Assembly: GCA_048884965.1 (NCBI GenBank)
Contig: JBHLQH010000031.1
Coordinates: 1 to 42,551 of the forward strand
Origin: Candidatus Thorarchaeota archaeon
GTDB lineage: Archaea > Asgardarchaeota > Thorarchaeia > Thorarchaeales > Thorarchaeaceae
Length of the DNA stretch: 42,551 nucleotides
Direction: 5' to 3'
The notes under the pieces are model-generated. The model saw nothing but the letters and a program-made list of their open reading frames with translations. It had not been told where the DNA came from and made no database searches. A program made the translations under genes and the position numbers. Of this stretch, positions 29,308 to 36,038 are shown one piece after another; positions within the stretch are counted from its first letter, which is position 1; each line of letters starts with the position of its first letter.

Positions 29308-31050
29308 TTATTCAGTATCAAAAAGATCTATGAACCTGAAACGCTCGACATCAACGAGACCCTTGTCTGTCAGTTTCAGCTTCGGTATGACTGGCAACGA
29401 CAAGAAGGCCATTGCCATAAACGGTTCAGCCAATGTGGTCCCCAATTCCTTTGCAGCATCCTTTAGAATAATCATCTTCTCGCTGACCCATTCCACCGAT
29501 TTATCAGACATCAGCCCAGCAATCGGAAGCGGAAGAGAAGCAGTGACCTCACCATTATTGACGATAGCAATACCGCCCTGCATCCTTACGACCTGAATAA
29601 CTGCTTGAATCATATCGATGTCATTTGTACCAACCGCGACAATATTGTGGCTATCATGCGCAATGGATGAAACCATTGCACCTTCTTTGATACCCAATCC
29701 CTTCACGAAACCCATACCGTTAGGAGGTGTGGCGTTATGCCTTTCTACTATGACTATCTTTGCGATATCTCGCTCAACATCAGGGACTGCAAGTCCATCC
29801 TCAACTGTTACCTTTTCAATCAACCTTTCTGTGATGAGTTGATCAGGTATCATACCAATAACGTTCATCTTTTTGCCGCGAGCCTTAATTTGGAAATCCT
29901 CAGGTTCAAGCCAGTGAACATTGACAGAACGTCTTAATCGAGGTTGCTCTTGTACACCAAAATCGTTGGCAAGCTTGCCATTCTTTGCTACTAACACACC
30001 TTGCTTGAAGACCATCTTTACATTGACTTTCTCGAGAGAATCTAAGACAACGAGGTCAGCATGATACCCTGGGGCAACAGCTCCTAGATATTGTAGACCA
30101 TAATGACGTGCTGTCGAAAGAGTTGCGACCTTGATTGCCAATACTGGATCTAAGCCATATCTGATGGCATCCCTGATGATACTGTCTATGTGACCCTTGG
30201 TTATCAGATCCAGTGAATTACGATCATCTGTGACAAAACTGCATGAGAGAGCAGTATCAGGAGTGATCAGCGGAACAAGCTCTTTGAGATTCTTTGCAGT
30301 GGAGCCCTCTCGAATATGAATGTGCATTCCCACACCAAGCTTCATCTTTGCTTCTTCTAAGGTAGTGCATTCGTGCTCAGATGAAATTCTTGCAGCAGCA
30401 TAAGCATTTAGATCTGTGGATGAAATATCAGGAGCATGTCCATCCACCCTCTTTCCCAATTTCAAGGATACTTTGATCTTCTCAAGTATCGCAGGGTCTT
30501 TGAAGATGACGCCAGGATAGTTCATGGCTTCAGCGAGACCCAAAACATAATGCTCGGTCATTAGGGGTTTGATATCAAGGAAATCCAGTGTTACACCATT
30601 CGTTTCCATGTCAGTAGCTGGTACGCAGGAAGGAAGCATGATGTAGAATTCCATTGGGCCTCCTCGCATACTCTTACTCATGTACATAATTCCTTCCATA
30701 CCAAGCACATTGGCAATCTCATGAGGATCTGCTATTACAGCACCTGTTCCATGAGGTACGACTGCACGTGCATATTGGATAGGCATAACCATGGATGATT
30801 CGACATGGACATGTCCGTCAATGAAGCTGGGGGACACATATTTTCCCTTAACATCAATTACCTCATTTCCAACATAATTCCCAATACCAGCGATGAATCC
30901 ACGATGTATTGCGACATCACCTTTTACAATCTCATTGGTAAAGACATTGACAACGTTTGCATTCTTCAATACAAGCTCAGCTCTGGTCCTGCCAGCTGCG
31001 ACATCTATTATCTGATCAAGTGGATACTCTTCAGTACGTGTAAGGAACAT
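29308..31050 (-). CDS. ade: Adenine deaminase
   Basis: DGHVHVESS, DPHEIANV, SCVPAT, E.MNYPGV, DGHAP, REGS, TDD, AHDSHN, FLSLPVIP. Confidence 0.97.
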   Translation of the reverse strand: MFLTRTEEYPLDQIIDVAAGRTRAELVLKNANVVNVFTNEIVKGDVAIHRGFIAGIGNYVGNEVIDVKGKYVSPSFIDGHVHVESSMVMPIQYARAVVPHGTGAVIADPHEIANVLGMEGIMYMSKSMRGGPMEFYIMLPSCVPATDMETNGVTLDFLDIKPLMTEHYVLGLAEAMNYPGVIFKDPAILEKIKVSLKLGKRVDGHAPDISSTDLNAYAAARISSEHECTTLEEAKMKLGVGMHIHIREGSTAKNLKELVPLITPDTALSCSFVTDDRNSLDLITKGHIDSIIRDAIRYGLDPVLAIKVATLSTARHYGLQYLGAVAPGYHADLVVLDSLEKVNVKMVFKQGVLVAKNGKLANDFGVQEQPRLRRSVNVHWLEPEDFQIKARGKKMNVIGMIPDQLITERLIEKVTVEDGLAVPDVERDIAKIVIVERHNATPPNGMGFVKGLGIKEGAMVSSIAHDSHNIVAVGTNDIDMIQAVIQVVRMQGGIAIVNNGEVTASLPLPIAGLMSDKSVEWVSEKMIILKDAAKELGTTLAEPFMAMAFLSLPVIPKLKLTDKGLVDVERFRFIDLFDTE

Positions 31051-31131
31051 GCAGTTCTCTCCTTTCCCATTTGGTAGACACTAATTGATGAAAAGGATTT
31101 CCTCTAGGTACTATTGCAGAGTGATATTGTA

Positions 31132-31330
31132 GACTTGGGGCGAGTGCGCGTTTGAGAACTCCCTCGCTTTGATTGAGATGTAGCGTTTTACGGATGGTGT
31201 GAGGAGAAGCACCATGAAAATACATAATGCTCGCCCCAAGTCGGAGGAGGACTGGTTTCAGTCAAGATACTAGAATACGCAAATGAACAAAGCCATTCTT
31301 GTGTCTAGAGAAGCACCTTCATTGCGTTGA
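31132..31330 (+). ncRNA. Structured intergenic element (multi-stem), function unknown
   Basis: 13-bp perfect inverted repeat GACTTGGGGCGAG (31132-31144) / CTCGCCCCAAGTC (31230-31242) enclosing smaller stems, with more hairpins downstream. Strand is tentative. Confidence 0.4.
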
Positions 31331-31456
31331 TTTTTTAGAAACCTTCCTCCACGATGAGGATTCAAAAGGCGTCTATCTCTACCCAATATAGCAACTACTT
31401 TTTATTGAATGGCAATCTTTACACAATCCACGATAATCGAGCCGAGTGGATGGAAG

Positions 31457-32077
31457 ATGGGAACAAAAGTAGGAATTCCAAAAACATATGATTCAAAGAC
31501 AATCGCACTGCTTGCGATTTTTCTGGCAATGGTTTTTGCACTTGAGGTATATCCAATCATTGGCATTACAGATATCCCGATTCCAGGAATCAATTTCACT
31601 CTGGATTGGACTGGAATCCCCTTAGTACTTCTGTTCCTATTCTTTGGACCCGTGTTTGCCTTTCTTGGCGTAGGTTTCATGGGGATTGTAATTGGATATA
31701 GAAATATAGTAGGTGCAACATTCAAGGTATTTGCAGAGTTCTACAAGATACTTGGGATTCTTATGGTTTGGTTGCTTATCAGGAACAGGGATATTTCCTA
31801 TGCAAGACGAGTGATTCTATATGCAATTTCTGCTGCAGTATTTTGTTCAATCGGAATGTTCCTTACCAATATTCCTCTTCTGCAATTTCTCTATGGACTT
31901 TCGATAGAAGCTGCGATCACAGCATCTATTGTTCTGGTCCCATGGAACATTCTCCAGTCTGTCGTCAATGTATTAGCAGGCATGTTTCTCTATCAACTAA
32001 TTCCTGATGATTTGAAGCTCTCCTTCTTACTAGATGCAAGAAACACGAACAGCGACCTGCTACTTGATGAAGAATAA
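31457..32077 (+). CDS. ECF transporter S-component-like membrane protein
   Basis: About six TMs; IALLAIFLA, TLDWTGIP...FFGP, and PWNILQ near the C-terminus. Substrate unknown. Confidence 0.75.
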   Translation: MGTKVGIPKTYDSKTIALLAIFLAMVFALEVYPIIGITDIPIPGINFTLDWTGIPLVLLFLFFGPVFAFLGVGFMGIVIGYRNIVGATFKVFAEFYKILGILMVWLLIRNRDISYARRVILYAISAAVFCSIGMFLTNIPLLQFLYGLSIEAAITASIVLVPWNILQSVVNVLAGMFLYQLIPDDLKLSFLLDARNTNSDLLLDEE

Positions 32078-32235
32078 AAAAGGAGTTCTCAGAGGCGAGA
32101 TTTCCGCTCGCCTCCGTTTCCCCCGGGTTTGTAGGATATCATTGGAAATTGAGTTCCACTCACGTTCAGGATGAAGGCAACCTTTCCCGCGTCTCTATCT
32201 CCAGTTGACCACGATTCCCACGGACCAACCCATAC
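32076..32235 (-). ncRNA. Candidate ~160-nt structured non-coding RNA
   Basis: 107-nt rod hairpin (32125-32231), then a GC-rich hairpin (32081-32124) and a U6 tract. G-U pairs form only on the minus strand; TATA box about 25 nt upstream. Confidence 0.65.
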
Positions 32236-32255
32236 TATCTATTAAGCTACATTTG

Positions 32256-32263
32256 CTTATAAA
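32256..32263 (-). promoter_or_regulatory. Archaeal TATA box for the candidate ncRNA
   Basis: Minus strand TTTATAAG, 24 nt before the GGGUU that opens the hairpin. Confidence 0.55.
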
Positions 32264-32265
32264 TT

Positions 32266-32358
32266 ATTGCCAATATTGGGTTAACTGTAAAACTCTATAA
32301 TGGCAATAATTGCCTTATTATTGCATAATTTTTTACGATTGCCACTACTAGGTTAATT
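32266..32358. promoter_or_regulatory. Operator-like repeat array in divergent promoter
   Basis: ATTGCCAATATTGGGTTAACT (32266) and ATTGCCACTACTAGGTTAATT (32338) match at 17/21. Central palindrome GGCAAT-A-ATTGCC (32302-32314). Confidence 0.55.
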
Positions 32359-32411
32359 TATTAGGTAGTTCTGTTTCAGTAAGTATGCACGCTGTATATT
32401 GAGGAAAACTA

Positions 32412-32915
32412 ATGATGCTGACAAATAAACGGAAACGTCTCGCAAAACAACCAACAGTCCTGAAATATCCATCAGAGCAGGAAGGAATGATCTGGCTAAA
32501 ACGACGCCAAGGCACTGCTCCTTCGGAAATAGCTGATGAGCTTGATGTAACTCGAGCCTATGTCAGCAAGGCACTTAGAAAAGCAGAACGAAAAATCGAA
32601 CTTCTCTTGGACCACGCAGCAAAGATCAACAGAGTAAAGCTCCACCATATGAGTTCTGAAAATGGACTCGCTGTCGGTTATTGTGCAGCATACAAATCCG
32701 AAACCATCATTTCATATTCGCCTAAGATTGGCATACAAGTCTGGTTTGACCATCGTGGAGACTGCGATAGTTGTGCGGATTTTGGAGAATGTGCGACTCT
32801 TATCAGTAGCCTTTCAAATGAATGGGCCGTACCAATAGCTCGCAATGCTGGACCAGTTGATGTTGTGAATGATTTATTCACTGCTATAATGAAACGCTTG
32901 GAATGGAAAGACTAG
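32412..32915 (+). CDS. HTH DNA-binding protein with C-terminal Cys cluster
   Basis: HTH PSEIADELDVTRAYVSKAL; C-terminal H...CDSC-x5-C. Confidence 0.8.
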   Translation: MMLTNKRKRLAKQPTVLKYPSEQEGMIWLKRRQGTAPSEIADELDVTRAYVSKALRKAERKIELLLDHAAKINRVKLHHMSSENGLAVGYCAAYKSETIISYSPKIGIQVWFDHRGDCDSCADFGECATLISSLSNEWAVPIARNAGPVDVVNDLFTAIMKRLEWKD

Positions 32916-33478
32916 AGACCCATTGAACTCAAAGTACTATCCATCGAAGAAGCAGACCAAGTCCCGACATGAACCCATCGAAGATATCCATTAGAATCGA
33001 TTATGGCAATCGTTGGGATATATTCTACATTTAGATATTCAGAGAAACTACTCTGAACTTCAACTCCGCAGTCCCATTCAAACTCATGATCGGACTTGTA
33101 ATCAGCCATCATCTGAGTTGTTTCAGAGATATCGACTGAAAGCGCGATTATCATGACCCCTTCAGTTCTTATCGAGAGCAACTCCTCAAGATATGCAATT
33201 TGAGTTTCACACGACGAACACCAAGTCGCCATCAACTCAACTATTACAGTTTGTCCACGTAGATCATGAAGACTAATTTCACTATTGTCAGACAAGGTCA
33301 TGCTCCAATCAGGTAACTCGATTTGTTGGGCACCCAAGTCAGTTTCAAGTTGGATATTGTGAGAGTCTGTTGGCCAATTTCCTGTATTCTGCATGTACAT
33401 GATTCCAAAGAGGAACCCAAATATCACTAGAACTGCAACTGTTGTAGCTTGTATCAAGACCTTGGATTTCATGTTCAA
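32912..33478 (-). CDS. Membrane-anchored TlpA/ResA-like redoxin
   Basis: N-terminal TM; LPDWSM, MATWCSSC, YIPT.AIID.NG. Confidence 0.88.
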   Translation of the reverse strand: MNMKSKVLIQATTVAVLVIFGFLFGIMYMQNTGNWPTDSHNIQLETDLGAQQIELPDWSMTLSDNSEISLHDLRGQTVIVELMATWCSSCETQIAYLEELLSIRTEGVMIIALSVDISETTQMMADYKSDHEFEWDCGVEVQSSFSEYLNVEYIPTIAIIDSNGYLRWVHVGTWSASSMDSTLSSMGL

Positions 33479-33532
33479 TCTCCTCCTTATCTTCTAGAGA
33501 TTCATTATGATTCTTTTGAAAGGGTACTACTG

Positions 33533-34105
33533 CTATTGATCTAGAAGGGACAGTGTCTGCTGGATTTCACTTGAGGTCCAGACTCCTTCATGATACATTC
33601 GAATATAGCCATCACTATCGATTATTACCACTGTAGGTGTATATCTCAGTTTGAAATAGTAGGTGAAGACGCTATTTGTATCAAGTCCATGTTCCCAAGT
33701 TAGCGAAGCATCATCCTTGTAGCTTTGCATCTGCTCTGTAGTTGTGCTGACATCCACGCTTAGTGATATTACATGAATTCTATCACCCATAGCTGATATC
33801 AAGCTAACAATCTCACCATTCTGTGTTTCACAGGCAGGACATGTCAGAGACATCAAGTCGACGATAGCAAACTTACCTTCAAGATTGCTCAATTGGATGA
33901 CCTTTCCATCAGACATCAAAAGACCCCAATCTGGAGCCTCTTTTGATTGGCCAAAATCTGTATCTGGTGAAAGCGATGATTGTGAGGATCCTGATCCATT
34001 ATTTGAAGTGCCACTTGGAGCGGAGGCAACTGATACTCCAATGACAAGTCCTACTATAACCACAGATGTGAGTACGATAGCCACTAGCATCTTTTCAGGT
34101 TCCAT
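33533..34105 (-). CDS. Membrane-anchored TlpA/ResA-like redoxin (paralog)
   Basis: N-terminal TM and Ser-rich linker; APDW, MSLTCPAC, YTPT.VIIDSDG. Start MEPEK at 34105. Confidence 0.88.
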   Translation of the reverse strand: MEPEKMLVAIVLTSVVIVGLVIGVSVASAPSGTSNNGSGSSQSSLSPDTDFGQSKEAPDWGLLMSDGKVIQLSNLEGKFAIVDLMSLTCPACETQNGEIVSLISAMGDRIHVISLSVDVSTTTEQMQSYKDDASLTWEHGLDTNSVFTYYFKLRYTPTVVIIDSDGYIRMYHEGVWTSSEIQQTLSLLDQ

Positions 34106-34185
34106 GATTGATATTCCCCGAATCGGTTGTGTATATATAATGCACAACTGATGAGATGAATATAAAGTTTGGGGATAGGAGCCCA

Positions 34186-34842
34186 TCAATGAGAAACTTG
34201 CTGTACGCGGAGCTGTTCTGTGTCAAAAGCAGCATCAACTGAATTCTGTACCTGCTTCCAAGGAGCACTAATGAATACTATTGCGTGTGGTTTCGATTTC
34301 TTGTCAATAGTAATGAATCCCTTATTCATCAAGATTCTTGATAGCTTTCGTACTTCAGAGACCTTAAGTCTAGATAATTCCGCGATTTCATTGTATGACC
34401 CGCGACCTTTCGTCCGGATGAACTCGAGTAATCTATACTCAGGAACAGACATAATGATTTCTCGAAGTCTATAGTTTTCTTTGCGAATGAATCCCTCATC
34501 ACCTGATGTCGCAACTGCTAGTGAATTCCTGAGATCATTTATCTCTTCAAGCAATGCCTGTCGTTCTGATTCGAACCGTCCAAAAACACCACGAGATTCA
34601 TGAACCAGCTCCGCACTAAGATCGGTCCCAAGGCCATCTAGAGCTTCACGAGATGCCGAAACGGCTTCACGGAGTACTCCTATCATATCACTGGATTCAA
34701 TCCATTGACCATTGATGAGCGATTCCAATTGCCCATAATAGTTCTCAAGTCTTCGAACCCATGTGTCACGAACTTCTTGAAAGACACCAGCCATTTTCAA
34801 AGTCAACCTAGCTGCATTATCATCTGGACTGTTCATGTTCAT
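34186..34842 (-). CDS. Coiled-coil protein with C-terminal winged HTH
   Basis: Helical N-terminus; RLLEFIR...SYNEIAELSRL...VRKL...LMNKGFI. Confidence 0.7.
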   Translation of the reverse strand: MNMNSPDDNAARLTLKMAGVFQEVRDTWVRRLENYYGQLESLINGQWIESSDMIGVLREAVSASREALDGLGTDLSAELVHESRGVFGRFESERQALLEEINDLRNSLAVATSGDEGFIRKENYRLREIIMSVPEYRLLEFIRTKGRGSYNEIAELSRLKVSEVRKLSRILMNKGFITIDKKSKPHAIVFISAPWKQVQNSVDAAFDTEQLRVQQVSH

Positions 34843-34899
34843 TCAAGGTAATCCTGAAGAAACAACAAATTAGAGCGAGTGTTGCCCATGTATGACATA

Positions 34900-35448
34900 C
34901 TAGTAAGGTGCAATCCTGGACCGCTCAAGGTGACTCCATGGATATGGTTCAGGAACAGTGCGAAGCATTCTCTGAATTAATTCATATATACCCCGAGGAT
35001 TATCAATTGAATAGAAGGTGATTACTGGTTCAGCCTCGTCTTTGACAAAGATCTGGATATCACCCTGATTCACCATTCGATCCTCAGTATTGGCAATTAT
35101 CTTGACGTCAGATATCTCGTCATAGAACACCCTTTTCGTTCGTTTCCTTCTGTACCCTCTTCTAACCCGGAGATTCCATGATGTGATGATATAGAGAGTA
35201 TACCGACGGATAATCTCTCTCCAAATAATTGAGAGAATCCCAACAACCATTGCCCATATCCCAGAAATCCAAGCTACTAACGTGAATTCGATAAAATCTG
35301 CTGAACTTGCAATCATAAATACCCAGCCAACAACAAACACCACTACACCAAAGATGTAGAAAAAGAGACTAGATGTCCGTCTTGGATGAAATTTCGCTAT
35401 TAGTATCTCGTGCGGAATCTTAGAATCGGTCTCTTTCTCGTTCATCAT
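34900..35448 (-). CDS. Two-TM protein with bacterial-type PH (bPH_2-like) domain
   Basis: Two TMs, then Y.IT...L.VR.G, I.DV, GDI.I and I.NP motifs. Confidence 0.75.
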   Translation of the reverse strand: MMNEKETDSKIPHEILIAKFHPRRTSSLFFYIFGVVVFVVGWVFMIASSADFIEFTLVAWISGIWAMVVGILSIIWREIIRRYTLYIITSWNLRVRRGYRRKRTKRVFYDEISDVKIIANTEDRMVNQGDIQIFVKDEAEPVITFYSIDNPRGIYELIQRMLRTVPEPYPWSHLERSRIAPY

Positions 35449-35581
35449 GATTGCTCCTAATTATGGTTCTCAGATTGGGCTATGAGAGTCTGTGTTACAA
35501 TCCATTAACTACTTCATCAAACTCGATTTTATCTTTTCCCTTTGTACAATACGATTTTGAGGGTGTTAGCGTCAGTGGAAA

Positions 35582-35644
35582 TTTTTATATATATTACGCG
35601 CCACATACTATATATATCGTACCACATACTATCGTGATGCGATA
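35582..35644 (+). promoter_or_regulatory. TATA box and putative PadR operator
   Basis: TTTTTATATA (35582); CCACATACTAT direct repeat at 35601 and 35622; palindrome TATCG-N5-CGATA (35630-35644). Confidence 0.55.
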
Positions 35645-35666
35645 TATCAAATTCGTGGTGTAAGGC

Positions 35667-36038
35667 ATGGCAAAAGAAACCCAAAATCCTGAACTCGAGT
35701 ACCAGAAATGGAAGCTTGAGGTGAGGCGAGGGGCTCTCTCTTTGGCCATACTCTCTGTCATTTCTGGTGGGCAATCCTATGGATATGACATAATGAAGAA
35801 ACTCAGTGAGGAGAAATTCAATTCTCTACAGGTCGAACCAAGTACAACATATCCTCTTCTCAAGCGTTTGGAGCGTAGAGGAATGTTAGAAGGACATGAA
35901 GTCGAGTATGAGGGAAGAATACGTCGCCACTACTACATCACCCGTGAAGGACGAAGATATCTTGATAGGATGGTAGAATCATGGGAAGACTTGAACAACC
36001 AGTTGGTGCAGCTCCTGCAGGAGGCGGAGTTACTATGA
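35667..36038 (+). CDS. PadR family transcriptional regulator
   Basis: RRGAL..IL, SYGYDI, TTYPLLKRLE..G, RRHYYITREG. Confidence 0.95.
   Translation: MAKETQNPELEYQKWKLEVRRGALSLAILSVISGGQSYGYDIMKKLSEEKFNSLQVEPSTTYPLLKRLERRGMLEGHEVEYEGRIRRHYYITREGRRYLDRMVESWEDLNNQLVQLLQEAELL

Noticed and set aside
31031-31225. 64-aa minus-strand ORF upstream of ade
   Set aside because: No recognisable motif or RBS; it lies across the structured element.
31153-32091. 10-bp inverted repeat TGAGAACTCC/GGAGTTCTCA flanking the ECF gene, as possible mobile-element ends
   Set aside because: A 10-mer match is expected by chance at this scale; no transposase or target-site duplication.
32076-32235. SECIS, C/D or H/ACA identity for the structured RNA
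   Set aside because: No TGA-containing selenoprotein nearby, no proper GAA/A or AUGA-GA core, no 5' C box and no ACA tail.
35451-35774. Short ORFs across the padR promoter
   Set aside because: They span TATA and operator repeats and overlap padR antisense; composition is not protein-like.
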